Below, piece after piece: positions 23,795 through 35,559 of a DNA stretch of 64,000 bases. The notes beneath the pieces were generated by a model. It ran no database searches. It saw nothing but the letters and a program-made list of their open reading frames with translations, and had not been told where the DNA came from. The number at the start of each line of letters is the position of its first letter. Position 1 is the stretch's first letter. The DNA comes from Selaginella moellendorffii (taxonomy: Eukaryota > Plantae > Lycopodiophyta), in NCBI RefSeq assembly GCF_000143415.4, contig NW_003314263.1, positions 1,056,165 through 1,120,164 on the forward strand. Direction: 5' to 3'. Both the position numbers and the translations under genes were made by a program.

Positions 23795-25345
23795 ATGGTT
23801 GTAGAGATCCGGAATCATCAAAGTCCCGAGACACGCAGCGCCAGTGACACAGACAGGCTAGCGGCATTTATCAAGTCCTGCGGGAACTTGCGAGACTTGG
23901 CACAGGGCAAGAGGATTGCTGCACAGATTCGCAGCGACGAGACACTATGCCGGAACAGATATCTCGCCAATCTCCTCATCGAGATGTATGGAAAGTGTGG
24001 CAGCCTGGAAGATGCTCGCCGGGTGTTCGACGCCATCGAGCGGCCGAATCGTTTCTCCTGGAGCATGATGGTGGCGGCTTACGCCCAGAATGGGTATATC
24101 AAGGAAGCCAAGTCCATCTCCAATGCTATGCCGGAACAGGACGTGGTTTGCTCGACTGCTATGCTGACTGCATATGCCCAGCACGGGCTTGTGGACGAGG
24201 CCAGGGTGCTGTTTGATACTATGCCGGTTCGCAACGTTGTTTCTTGGACTGCCATCGTCGCGGCCTATGCTCAGAACGGGTATCTTGAGGCAGCGAAGGC
24301 TCTCTTCGACAGGATGCCGGAACGCAACGTTGTTTCGTGGAACACCATGATGCAAGCTTACATCGAGAACGACGAGCTCAAGGAGGCGAGATCTTTGCTT
24401 GGCTGCATGCCTCAGTGGACTATCGCGACTTGGAACGCGATTGTCCAGGGGTATGTGAAGAGTAACATTCTCTCGGAGGCTAAAGTTCTCTTTGACAGGA
24501 TGCCGGAGTATGACTTGCTCACTTTCACGTCGATGATCCACGGCTACTCCGAGAACGGGAACTTGGAGGCCGCAAAGAGCATCTTTGATCGAATGCCAGA
24601 GAGGGACGTGGTGTGCTGGAACAAGATGATAGCGGTGCATGCTCAGTGCTGGGATCTGGAAGGGGCCGAGAGGCTGTTCTTTGCAATGCCAGAACAGGAC
24701 GTCATCTCCTGGACAACCATGCTCGAGGCCTACGTCCAAAACTTCCATTACCAGCACGCAGAGGCGATGTTCTACACCATCCCGGAGAGAAACATGGTGT
24801 CGTGGAACGTGATGATGGCCGCGAGCGCGCAGAACGGGCAGCTTCTTCGGGCCATGAAAACATTCGAGACGATGCCGGCTCGAGACTTGATATCGTGGAA
24901 TACGATGGTGGCTGCGTTCTCCGGGTGTGGTCACGGCGAGGTGGCGTTTGAGATCTTCCGGGGGATGGAACTGGATGGGATCAAGCCAAACTCGATCTCC
25001 TTCTCCTGCGTCTTCAACGCTTGCAGTCATGTCGGTCTGCTCCACGAAGGTCTCCAGTACTTCCGGCTCATGGCGAGCGACCACGAGATCTTTCCGTCGA
25101 GGGAGCACTACTGCTGCTTGATCGACGCTGCCGGGAGGTCGGGACAGGTGAAAGTGGCGGAAGATCTGCTCGCGAGGATGCCGTTCAAGCCGGATGCCAT
25201 GGCGATGGGAGCGGTGCTCGGAGCTTGCAAGACGAACAGGGACAAGGACGCTCGCGACCGAGCGGCCAAGAACTTTTTCACGTCGGAGATGAGAAACCCT
25301 GGCATTTACGTGCTGCTAGCAAACGCTTACGTACACCAGCAGTGA
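23795..25345 (+). CDS. PLS-class PPR protein (S-repeat rich, partial E domain)
   Basis: LIEMYGKCGSLEDARRVFD, repeated FDRMPERNVVSW, ACSHVGLL, HYCCLIDAAGRSG. Confidence 0.93.
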   Translation: MVVEIRNHQSPETRSASDTDRLAAFIKSCGNLRDLAQGKRIAAQIRSDETLCRNRYLANLLIEMYGKCGSLEDARRVFDAIERPNRFSWSMMVAAYAQNGYIKEAKSISNAMPEQDVVCSTAMLTAYAQHGLVDEARVLFDTMPVRNVVSWTAIVAAYAQNGYLEAAKALFDRMPERNVVSWNTMMQAYIENDELKEARSLLGCMPQWTIATWNAIVQGYVKSNILSEAKVLFDRMPEYDLLTFTSMIHGYSENGNLEAAKSIFDRMPERDVVCWNKMIAVHAQCWDLEGAERLFFAMPEQDVISWTTMLEAYVQNFHYQHAEAMFYTIPERNMVSWNVMMAASAQNGQLLRAMKTFETMPARDLISWNTMVAAFSGCGHGEVAFEIFRGMELDGIKPNSISFSCVFNACSHVGLLHEGLQYFRLMASDHEIFPSREHYCCLIDAAGRSGQVKVAEDLLARMPFKPDAMAMGAVLGACKTNRDKDARDRAAKNFFTSEMRNPGIYVLLANAYVHQQ

Positions 25346-25382
25346 TGGAGCTAGGAAGGATGACGGACAGAAGATCGTAGGA

Positions 25383-27491
25383 CTACACTCGAGTTGCTAA
25401 GTTCTTGACGGTGGAACTATAGCTACTGGCAGGAGGATTCGGAAAAAATTTACAGTGTGAAGACGATGAGGAGGAAGAGTAAATGGTGGCAAGCCAGACA
25501 CAAGCAGCTCCACCGGACGGTTCCAAATCGAGGAGTGTTTGCGACGCTCCAGCTCCAAACTCGAGATCGCTGTGGGTCCGGCAAGCTCCCAGGAAGCACT
25601 TCCACTCGAAAGTATTCGGGACGAACGGCATGTTTTCCATGAGATCTCCAGCGCTGTCAAGGTAGCCGGCTCGCCCCAGGAGATTCACCATGCAGCAGTA
25701 GTGCTGCTTTCTCGGCTCCATTCCAAAGTCGAAGCTCATGGAGACGAAGCTCGATCGACCAGCGTAAGTTTTTCCGGCGTGAATGCAAGCTACCAACATA
25801 GCAACGAAGCTCCCTTCGTCAAACTCGACGCTTTCCATTGCCATGCTTGCGAAGATCTCGAAAGCCTCAGTGGTATGCCCGTTTTGAGCATAGCCGGTTA
25901 GCAGCGAGCTCCAGGAGATTATATCGCGATGCGGAGAATGGTAAAGGAGTTTCTTTGCCTGATCCAAAAGACCATTTTGTGATAAAACCGAGATCATCCC
26001 ATTCCACGTTACTGAATTTCTCGAAAGCATGGTATCAAAAGTATGCTTCGCCTCGGCAAAATACCCGTTTTGGGCATATGCTGTTAAGAGGGAGTTCCAC
26101 GAAGAAAGGATATGCTGAGGCATGGTGTCAAAGATTCGCTTGGATTCCTCCATATGCCCGGCTTGAGCATACCCGGAGAGTAAGATGTTGTACGACACGG
26201 CGTCCTTGACGGGCATGGAATCAAACGAGTGCACGGCAGCCTCGATATGCCCGGCTTGGGCATATGCCGACTCTATTGCGTTCCACACAACCAAGTCCCT
26301 TTCCGGCAATGAATCAAAGCGCGCTTTTGCCGAAGAAAGATCACCGCTCTGGGCAATTGCAACCAGCATCGCCGTGGAGCAAATGAGACTTTGCTGTGGC
26401 ATCTCGTCCATGAGCAGCGTTGCTACTCCCAAATCTCCTCTCTGGGCTAGCGCGCAGACGAGAGCAGTGTAGGCGACGATGTCCCTCTCGGGCATGGCGT
26501 CGAATATCACCCTCACTTGCTCGAGATTCCCTACCCCAATATAGGCTGCAATCAGAGCGTTCCACGACACTATGTCTGCCACGGGCATCTCATCAAACGT
26601 TTTTCTCACAGCTGGAATATTCCCGACCTGGGAATATGCCGACAGCATGCAGTTCCAAGATACCAGATCCCTTTGTGGCATCGCGGCAAAGACGCGCTCC
26701 CCTTGTGACAGATACCCATTCTGGGCATATGCCGTCAGCATCGTGTTCCATGTCACAAGATTCCTCGAATCTAAAGAAAGGAAAACACGTGTTGCTTCTC
26801 TGAGACGTCCATTTTGAGCGTACGACGCGATCACAGTGTTCCATGCTATCATGTCACGCTCCGGCATATTCTCAAACACAAGAACGGCATCAGAGAGATG
26901 CCCGGATTGGGCATGTGCAGAGAGCATTGCATTCCAAGTAACAAGGTTCCGCATCGGCATGTCGTCAAAAATCCGCTTAGATTCTCGGAGATTTCCCTGC
27001 GCGGCATACGCTGTTACTAAAGGATTTACGGCCGCGAGAACGAGACAAGGCATCTGATCAAGTAGAACTTGTGCATCTTCAAGATGCCCGTTTTGGGCAA
27101 GTGCCGAAACCATGGTGCTCCAAGAGACACCATCCCTCATCGGCATTCTATCAAACAAATTTTGTGCTTTTCTCATCAAAAACCGCTGTGCGTAGGTAGT
27201 AAGCATCATATTCCAGGACACAATGTTAGTTCTAGGCATTTGGAAAAAGAGATCTTCGGCCTCCTGTAAATGCCCATTGCGGGCATATGCAGAAACCATT
27301 GCGTTCCAGCATGCTTGATCTCTCTCGGGCATCGCGTCAAACACCATCTTGGCTTCGGTCAGACGGCCGTTTCTGGAGTAGGCACAGAGAAGCATCGACC
27401 AGCTGAAGCAGTCCTTTCGTGCCAGGCCATCAAAGATCCGCCTTGCTTCCACCAGATTCCCCAGTTTACCATTTACCTCGATTTGCTGCAT
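25383..27491 (-). CDS. PLS-class PPR protein (long S-repeat array, partial E domain); template of several local pseudogene fragments
   Basis: About 17 S-type repeats, QHYCCMVNLLGRAG, WKCFLGACRTH. Confidence 0.92.
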   Translation of the reverse strand: MQQIEVNGKLGNLVEARRIFDGLARKDCFSWSMLLCAYSRNGRLTEAKMVFDAMPERDQACWNAMVSAYARNGHLQEAEDLFFQMPRTNIVSWNMMLTTYAQRFLMRKAQNLFDRMPMRDGVSWSTMVSALAQNGHLEDAQVLLDQMPCLVLAAVNPLVTAYAAQGNLRESKRIFDDMPMRNLVTWNAMLSAHAQSGHLSDAVLVFENMPERDMIAWNTVIASYAQNGRLREATRVFLSLDSRNLVTWNTMLTAYAQNGYLSQGERVFAAMPQRDLVSWNCMLSAYSQVGNIPAVRKTFDEMPVADIVSWNALIAAYIGVGNLEQVRVIFDAMPERDIVAYTALVCALAQRGDLGVATLLMDEMPQQSLICSTAMLVAIAQSGDLSSAKARFDSLPERDLVVWNAIESAYAQAGHIEAAVHSFDSMPVKDAVSYNILLSGYAQAGHMEESKRIFDTMPQHILSSWNSLLTAYAQNGYFAEAKHTFDTMLSRNSVTWNGMISVLSQNGLLDQAKKLLYHSPHRDIISWSSLLTGYAQNGHTTEAFEIFASMAMESVEFDEGSFVAMLVACIHAGKTYAGRSSFVSMSFDFGMEPRKQHYCCMVNLLGRAGYLDSAGDLMENMPFVPNTFEWKCFLGACRTHSDLEFGAGASQTLLDLEPSGGAACVWLATIYSSSSSSSHCKFFPNPPASSYSSTVKNLATRV

Positions 27492-27612
27492 TTGTTTTTG
27501 AGAGAACTAAGAAACTTGCACAGAACGTGAGACGCTTCCAACTGCAAGAAGCAAACGCAATTGCAATGCGTAGAAAACTTTCTCTCCATTCAACTTTCAT
27601 AGCCTGCTCTCG

Positions 27613-27660
27613 GGGGCATTCCAAGAATTGAACTCGGGACCTCTCGCACCCCAATTGCCC
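27613..27660 (-). pseudogene. tRNA-Pro pseudogene (3' half retained, D-arm and 5' anticodon arm deleted)
   Basis: ggggcattccaagaattgaactcgggacctctcgcaccc matches the 3' half of the tRNA at 40353-40424, then jumps to aattgccc. Confidence 0.8.
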
Positions 27661-27899
27661 GTCAACTTAATGTATCGCTATGATTCGTACCTTTTACTCG
27701 TTTGTAAATCTCCCATATTTCAAGATCTACCTGGTTGTCAATCTCTCATTGTCAATCCCAGTTTTCGAGTCTCATTTGCATTTCATTCTTCTTTTTGTCG
27801 TTTATAAAATTAAATTTCATCAAGGATTGTGCCGTGACATAGTTGATTTGTATATGTATATAAATTGGATTCTCAATGGTAGGTTACTCATAGTTTCTA

Positions 27900-28024
27900 C
27901 AGTAAGGTGTTATTCGTTTTAGCTCTTCTTGTTTGTGTGGGAGTTGTGATAGTTCTCGGAAAATTTGTTAGGATTTGATTACACTCTTGACTTAGGCAAC
28001 TATCCTAACAGCCAGCTCAGAAAC
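27900..28024 (+). pseudogene. Deleted remnant of the small secreted Cys-protein gene
   Basis: cttcttgtttgtgtgggagttgtgatagt / ctcggaaaatttgtta / tttgattacactcttgacttaggcaactatcctaacagccagctc match 40681-40880 with internal deletions. Confidence 0.8.
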
Positions 28025-28149
28025 TCAGCGCCACCGATGGGTCAACTTTTGAGATTGAAGAAGCTATAGATGTAGGAAGGGGGGATTTTGCGCAGGTGAA
28101 AAAAAAATCTTGGAACCCTAAACCCAAACTTTATATGAAGGATACATTG

Positions 28150-29270
28150 TGTTATCGTTATAACGAATTCCAAATTTGAAGAAAACTTGATAGTAGCGGC
28201 ATTTTGAATCCTCGTAGTCTATAACATTTTGCGTTTTCGTAGTCTGTTCTATGCGCGGTGGGGATCGCATGGGGATGGAAGAGCGAAATGCCGGTCCCAG
28301 CCGGAGAGTAGGTAATGCCCGCGAGTTTAGGAAAAGAGGAGCCGGCAGGAGTGGAGGCAGCGGGAATCAGCATAATAAGAAGCCAAAGATCGAGTGCATG
28401 CCTGCAGATTTCCAGACCAGAACGCAGACAATGACACCGTTGTCATGATCAATAAGGTGGAATCGCTGTACCCAGTTTTGAAAAGCTAGAGATTGTGACG
28501 GTTCCAGCATCGCTCAAACGAGGTACTTTGGATCCTGGTCCTTCTATTGCTGTCAATAAAGTGGACATTGGAAGCCAGGTACATGCTGCAATTTTCACGA
28601 GCAACATTATGATATTAATATGCAGGTTACTTCAAAGTGAAGGAAATCAAGTCTCCAAAGCAGATCCCATTGACATCTAGATCAAGGGATGCTCAGTCAA
28701 GAGACACTATCACTGCAATAGCAGTAACAACACCGAAGGATGATTGTGAAGCCAAGGAACAGATTCATTAGCTGAGGGAGCTAAAGCAAAAGACAAATAT
28801 TTTACTTACCCGGTTTGTGCGGTTTTTTTTTATTTTTATTTTTGTTACTCCTTTAAAACTGACTTTCACTTTCCCTTTCAGAATGGATGCACAGCTACAA
28901 GTAGCAGTTGCCACTCAGGCGCTACTCCCTTGCCCTCTCTATCAAAGTTTTGATTTCTGACTAGTATTTTGTTATTATTACAGGTCCAACGGCTGAGTTG
29001 ATTCTTGTCCAGCGTGGGCTTCACAAATATAAAAAAGAACTTGAGGAAGAGAAGAAGCAGTGGGCTTTGTAAAAGCTTGAACAAAATTTTTAGTCCAAAA
29101 GGGTTATAATAATATTCATATAGCTAATAATTCAAGCATAGGCTGTTCCTCAAGCCCTCTTTTTCTATTACAATATGTTCTCCTTCTCAAGCTCTATTTT
29201 ATATTTGTGGAGCTCTTTGAGGAGCCATGCTATATCATTTTCCTTTAAAATGTTGTCTAAAATATATTTT
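28150..29270 (+). repeat. ~1.1-kb duplicated spliced-gene remnant (direct copy at ~36243-37270; inverted fragment at ~47880-48190)
   Basis: Shared NKKPKI.CMPADF-coding segment, ggatcctggtccttcta...gtggacattg.aagccag|gtac donor and flanking intron-like sequence. Confidence 0.8.
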
Positions 29271-30149
29271 AATAAAATAAAATGTTGTATAGAATGTTGT
29301 CTATAATATTTTTTTAATCACAAATCACCACCGACCTTTACCCTTAAATTTATTAAGTATTACATTCGCACACAAGAAAGAGAAAGAAGAACTTACCATG
29401 CATTTTTTAGCTTGTGAACATGAGTGAGCATTCCTCCTAAGTTCTAAAAGTGCCACATTTCTACCATTAGCCACGAAATAAAACCCATTTTTGTCTTTTC
29501 TCACCTCAAGCTAAATAACTCACTTGCTTTATTGCTAAGCAGGAAAAAACCCCAAGTGGTGCAACTCTTCCTCCAAGGGAACTATCAAAGAAGTGTTTGC
29601 TCTTGCAAAGATTCTGAATGCTCTAGGAATCTCTTGTTATGAGCAACATTACTAATTCATGGATTTTTGTCCAACTAGAATATTTAAAGTCTATTTTGTG
29701 TGTGTGTGTATATATATACTCGTATAATACTGTAGAAGGGAAAAAAATACATGACATTCCTGTAGAACATGATTACCTGTGTGATGTGACATAATTCCAA
29801 ACAAGAGAACATGTCAAAGCCATACGGTCTAGGACATTACTTAAAATATGGTGTGAGCATGATCTTAAAACACAAATGCAAAACTTTGACCATAACTGTC
29901 TGCTAATTCCAACTCTGACCACCACTTAATGCTTATTTCATGCTTAAATTTCCTCTTTGAGGAATCTTGCTGCAAAAAGGCCTATATCTAGGCTCTTCAC
30001 TACTAGGGGGTGGAGATCCCATGGGTTGCCCTTCAACATTTGAAAATACACCATCACTTCAAATTTCATAGATGGCACCATTCTTCACGACTTTCAAGAT
30101 CTTCTGGCAATATGCTAAGTGGCATTCTTCCTTGGCCTTTTGCCTTTGA

Positions 30150-31110
30150 AGGAAGACGATGAGCCCCATCCTCATCCAAGATTACGTCCTTATGTAAATG
30201 CCGTAGACTCCTTTCAACAACCCCAAGATTCGCCCCCAAGCCAGAAAAAGAATTCGCCTAACTACTAAAAGCCTCTTTTACCCTTGGATAAGCCACTTAT
30301 AGTTATGCCTCTGTTGTGCCATCTTAAGATACATTAGAGCCTCTCTAGCACGTTCTTCTTTATTTATATCCGCTCAAGTGTGTGCCTCTCCGGCCTTCAA
30401 AAACTACCTCTGCCCTCAGGGAAGAGTTCATGAGGAATAGCCAATTGATGATATATATGGCTCCTATTCTACTGTGATATATAGATCAAACATTATGTTG
30501 GACTGTTCCCCACACCCTTATTATTGGAGCATTAGAGCCTGACATCCAACTATCTCGTGTCTTATTTGAAGAGGCCAAGTGATTTATTCCAGATTCTTTA
30601 GAATCTTTTGAAAAGTGTTGCATAGTGGGTCTTCCTCCTCTTGGCCAGTGACTCTCCAAGCTCATCTGGTTCATTCTTAACCACTCTTAGGGACGAGTTT
30701 GATCGACTTAGATCCCGAGCTAGGAGATTACTTGCAAACTCTAGCTTTCCTCTTATAGCAAGATTGCTGCCCACTAATGCTTTATATAGCAACCCCATTA
30801 ACTCTTTGGCTCTCTTAACACTCTAGCTGCTAGTGCTCTACCTGCCCTTTCCCCTCTCTAGCACCCTTAGCAATATCTACCATTCCTGATCCACACTGAG
30901 ATCAGACCACCCAAACTCACCCATAAAGGTGGAGAGATTCTCTATATTCTATGAACTCTTACTTGCCATTCCAACCTGTTGAAGATGTCTTTCATTAACT
31001 CCCCGATGCTCAGAAACACTGTGTCTCCACAACCGTTTATAAAACTCCTAAGGTCCCAACAGTTCTACATAGCCTTGCTAAGCTCTATGCTCCTCACTAA
31101 ACACTTTAGA
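30150..31110 (+). mobile_element. Possible decayed non-LTR retrotransposon remnant
   Basis: CpG-depleted, C-rich coding-like texture with fragmentary ORFs; no securely readable RT motif. Confidence 0.25.
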
Positions 31111-31905
31111 TCTTTTCAATAAACTTAGATAGCAATAAAAAAGCTTAGGAACATTGCTGCATTATGTCTGTTTGCAAGCTACACAAAGATTTTCACTAGA
31201 AAAACTCTTTAAAAAAGAACACATTTGTTTCCTAAAACCAAAGGGTTTCAATTTTCCAAGGAGTGAGGCCCACCTTGCCTCACTCTATACTCAACTACTT
31301 GTCGCCCAAGTTTGAGCTTCTCGGCATGTCAAGATGTCTACATCCTCCATATCTTTGTGTTGTTGTTGCTTGCACCTGCCACCTCTAGGCCTTGTTGCAA
31401 ATTTGGAAGGTTCCTTGAATTTGCCACCTCATCTGATCCAGTCCATATCAGCTGCTACATGGATCAAGTCACAGTTCAATTATTTCCACTACTTCTCAGT
31501 ACAAGCTATATAAAGCTACAAACCTATATGAGATCTACTATAATAACCAAATAGAATAAAATCAACCCAATCATCTTGTTTGATTTAAGATATTATATTA
31601 CTATGCTTCAACTACCTATTAGTGTGAGGATGGTGAGTTAGAAGCTTGCTTTCAATGCTGATAAAGGGAAGAAACTAATGTTAGAAGTCGAAACAAATTA
31701 AAGGCCTTGATTGTTGATGATATGACTTTTTATTCAAAGTTCTTTTCTCTTTTATCTTTTGAATTTTATTTTGTCATCTTTAAAAATTATTTCAAATCAA
31801 TTTCACTTTAAGTAATAAAAATTAAATAAAAGTACTAAGAATATAAAAGAAACTGTATTTATAAATATTAGACCCATAATAAAAATATTTACTCAAGTTT
31901 TTCCT

Positions 31906-32823
31906 ATGAAGTATTTAAATTTAATAATTATATTTTATTCATATTTTTCTGTAACTTATGCTCAAAAGGGATTTCATTTTGATGATTATGGAGATAATGG
32001 AAAAATTCCAGAAATAGATATGAATAATATATTTTTTGCTTTTATAATTTTTTTAAGTAGAGCATTGCCTCCAGGTGGAACTACACCACAAGGTTCTATA
32101 TTTCATGCACCTTATTTTACGAGGATTTCTGATAATGAAATATTAACAATAGATATGTTATTTGTTATAGTGTCTACTAGTATAAATTGCCCATTAAACA
32201 ATAATGGTATTCGTCAAATTAATAATGATGATGTTGGACATTTATTATTGGAAGTTACTAGACAAGTTTATTCTTCTGTCACTCATGCAAGAGCATCATA
32301 TTTTATAAGTATTATTGTCCAACATGATATTGGTATTTTTGCAATATTATATCAAATACGTGGATATCAATCAAGATTAACTTCTCATGGTAATAATTAT
32401 TTGTTTACTCCTCAATATAAATTTTGTAACTTCTTAAAAAATAGGTTATTTAGTGGATATAAAGGTTTTTATATAGCCACACTTTATGCTGGTAAGTTTT
32501 TAACACATATTTATAAAGCATATATACTTTTAGTACAAAATGATTGTAATACTGTTTTTTATTATAAAGATATAGTTTTATGGGATACTAAAACTTATGG
32601 AATGAGTTTTGATTGTACATTAAGATTACAAGAATATGGAAATCTTGTTCTTTATTCAGCATTTGATTTAAAACCTTTATTCACAACTGAAACTTATTGT
32701 AAAATAACTAATTGTGTGAAGCCATCAATATTTATTTTACAATTAAACTGTAATCTAATTTTATATGAAGATGGAAAACCTTTGATACAAATGTGGTCAA
32801 GTAGTACAATATGTTATAATTAA
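31906..32823 (+). CDS. B-lectin fusion protein copy 3 (intact, 305 aa)
   Basis: Colinear with copy 1 (SINCPLNNNGIRQINND, ARASYF, NRLFSGYKG); lectin motifs QNDCNTVFY, QEYGNLVLY, QLNCNLILY. Confidence 0.85.
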   Translation: MKYLNLIIIFYSYFSVTYAQKGFHFDDYGDNGKIPEIDMNNIFFAFIIFLSRALPPGGTTPQGSIFHAPYFTRISDNEILTIDMLFVIVSTSINCPLNNNGIRQINNDDVGHLLLEVTRQVYSSVTHARASYFISIIVQHDIGIFAILYQIRGYQSRLTSHGNNYLFTPQYKFCNFLKNRLFSGYKGFYIATLYAGKFLTHIYKAYILLVQNDCNTVFYYKDIVLWDTKTYGMSFDCTLRLQEYGNLVLYSAFDLKPLFTTETYCKITNCVKPSIFILQLNCNLILYEDGKPLIQMWSSSTICYN

Positions 32824-34419
32824 TAACTTTAATGATAATTATATTTAGCTACACTAACAATGCTTGTTTGAATCAATTTAATTTTTCTACAATAAACTAG
32901 GTTATAGATTGCTGAAGTGAAGGTGCTTAGGTTGTTGGAATATGTTTGTGCATTTGGTGAGCTCTCCAGAGTAGAAGCTAAATGCAACATATCCATCATC
33001 TGGAAATCTTCCTTTACAACATTATTTATTTTGTTGTTGAGCAAATCTTTTGCATGTCCTCCTTGAAGTGCAAGAATATCTAGCTCTCACACCTTGAGGT
33101 GGCTATCAAATGACAGAGGGAATTCTTAAACTTCCTTGATGACTCCATAGATATCTTTGCAAAGAAAGTGCTAACAAAGAAGACACAGTGATCTAAAGGA
33201 TAAGAGAGAACAATTCCATCCTAGAGAGGATTAATGCCGAGGGGATTGGCAACAATGATGGTGGTGAAAGTTTTGGGACATTAGTGGCACTAAGATTTTT
33301 TTGGGATTTTTCTTTTTTGGATGGGGATGTGCTCTTGTGGACACCAGACAATCTCCCTCACGAAGCTCCCTTATGACTTCTTTCTTGTGCTTTGCACAAT
33401 GATCCAAGTTGCCACATTTTTCTACTCATCAGAAGCTCACTTCAGGTACAGAAGGGATGTGGGCTGGGATCTAGCCCTTCAATTTCCCTGTGATGTTTTC
33501 ATAAGCTTGGTGAAGTGTTCTCTCCCCCTTGTACAAGACGCTGGATGTTGGTACTGGGATGTCATTGTTTGCAGAAAGACTTGCGGTAGTGCTTTTTTTA
33601 CATCTCAGAACTTGTATACCAGATCATTCACAAATATTAGAATTGAGATCTATAGCAAGGAATCTCACAATAGAAAGTCAAGGAACACATGCATTTAGGC
33701 AGAAGGTATGACTGGCTACCTTGAAAGAAGAGCTTAAGTGTGAGGAATAATAAACACTGAGCTTGGGAACAAAGAAGTAAGGAATTATGGCATGAGGCTT
33801 GGGCCCCAAACCAAGAAGAAGAGTTCATGCAAAAAAAATTAGTTGCTTTTTACAAAGTTTATAAAACATACTCATATCACATTTCAATTGCTGTAAAAGT
33901 GTGCATGTCTCCACCAGTAAAGTGAAAATATATAATTTTATGGTGGCATGTCGAGCTCAACTGAAAGCTTACCTTCAGTATTTTTGATAGCATATCACTT
34001 GGACCTCAGAAAGAAAAGACAACAACTACTAGAGTGAGAGAGCTGTCTAAGAGCGTATGAGTTGGAAGAATTGAAGCCGTGGGTCTCTTGCAGGAAAAGA
34101 AATAACAAAAAAACCAAAGTATTGTGGAAGCTTATTTTGTGGAATTGATGTAAGAAAGGATGCGTTCACCAGAAGCAGTTTGTATGAGTGTTGAAGGCAA
34201 TGGAAAGAAACACAACATTATTAGTGAGCTCATTAACCTGGATCAGACCAGCTGCACCCAAGTTATGTAAAACAGCACTGCTGTTTCTGACTCTGCAACC
34301 GACACCAATACCATGGTGGCAAAGAACTATCTTGACTTTGACGTTGGAGGAATCAAGGCCTGAAAATGGTAGTTGTCAGTACTGGTTAGAACACAGGAAA
34401 CTAAGATAGATCCCTATAC

Positions 34420-34935
34420 CAATACCATGCACTGTCTTTCGACGAGTGTTTTAGAGCAGCATCAACACTGTTGACAAGGCCATATTTACTTTCCTTCATC
34501 TTCTTGATGTTCAATCCAGTAGCCTGCAAAGAAATATAGGCATAAAGCAAAAACGAAACCAAACAAAAGTTACCGCTATTTCATTGTTGCCGAGCTTAAC
34601 ACTCGAGTGAAGCCTCCGGTTTGTGGAACTTGTTGCCAACAGTCAAAATCCAAGGTGCTACATTGGTTACTGTTGACTTCAAGGGTCTAGAGTTCCCAGC
34701 CGAGCAAGAGACGAGAATCCCGTGCCTCATTGCATGGAAAGAGCCAATTGCAATAGTGTCCTCGTCATAAGGAACTGTTTGTCCACCCAAGGAGAGCAAT
34801 AGTATGTCGACTCCATCACGAACAGCATTGTCAAACGCAGTGAGCACAGGGTGATCCATAAAATCTCCAAAGAAGCACACCTTGTAAACCTTAATCCGAG
34901 CCTTGGGAAGGCCACCCCTGGCTTTTCCTTCACAA
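34420..34935 (-). pseudogene. Internal fragment of a subtilisin-like (S8) protease gene
   Basis: ARGGLPKARIKVYKVC, AFDNAVRDGVDILLLSLGG, IAIGSFHAMRHGILVSCSAGNS, VTNVAPWILTVG, then an intron and the start of the PA domain. Confidence 0.88.
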
Positions 34936-35550
34936 CTACCTCTACTCGTGGGAGAAGCAGCATGAACGCCACCATCTTGCGGCGTGATCTTTGTATCCGC
35001 AACATCAATGTGAAACGAGCGGGGAGCTTCTGGCCCAAGGCAGCAGCAGCAGCATGCATTTCGCTTCCCTCGCTTGGAAGATCTCCGAAGCAAGCGCAGG
35101 CAAGAGCGCTTGAGATGGCACTGGGAGTCTTGGCTCGATCCATAAGAGCCACGAAACGAGATGCAAGCGGGCGATCCATCGCTTTTCTCTGCGATTCTTT
35201 CAATATACCGGTGGAGATTCACCAGGCGGCAGTAGTGCTGCTTTGTCGGTTCCATTCCAAAATCGAAGCTCATGGAGACGACGACCATCGTAAGTTTTCC
35301 GGCGTGAATCCAACATGAATCGCCTTTCGTCCGACTCGACGCTTTTCACTGCTTTCATTGGTCATGCCTACGAAGATCCCGACAGGTAAAGGAGTTTCTT
35401 TTTTTGATCCAAACCAGTTTGTGATAAAACCGCCACCTTACTGAATTTCTCGAAAGCATGGAAATGTGTGCTTACGTTCTGGGCATATGCTGTCAACCAT
35501 CGTGTCAAATATTCAATTTGATTCCTCCATATGCCCACACAACTGCCTAC
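34936..35550 (-). pseudogene. PPR fragment fused to MATE 5' fragment
   Basis: SMSFDFGMEPTKQHYC matches the PPR at 25383-27491; 34936-35205 matches the MATE 5' region at 44510-44800. Confidence 0.8.
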
Positions 35551-35559
35551 TTGAACCGA

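Noticed and set aside
23945-25108. Long antisense ORFs (also 11354-12100, 21961-22839)
   Set aside because: Shadow frames of GC-rich genes on the opposite strand, with no recognisable domains
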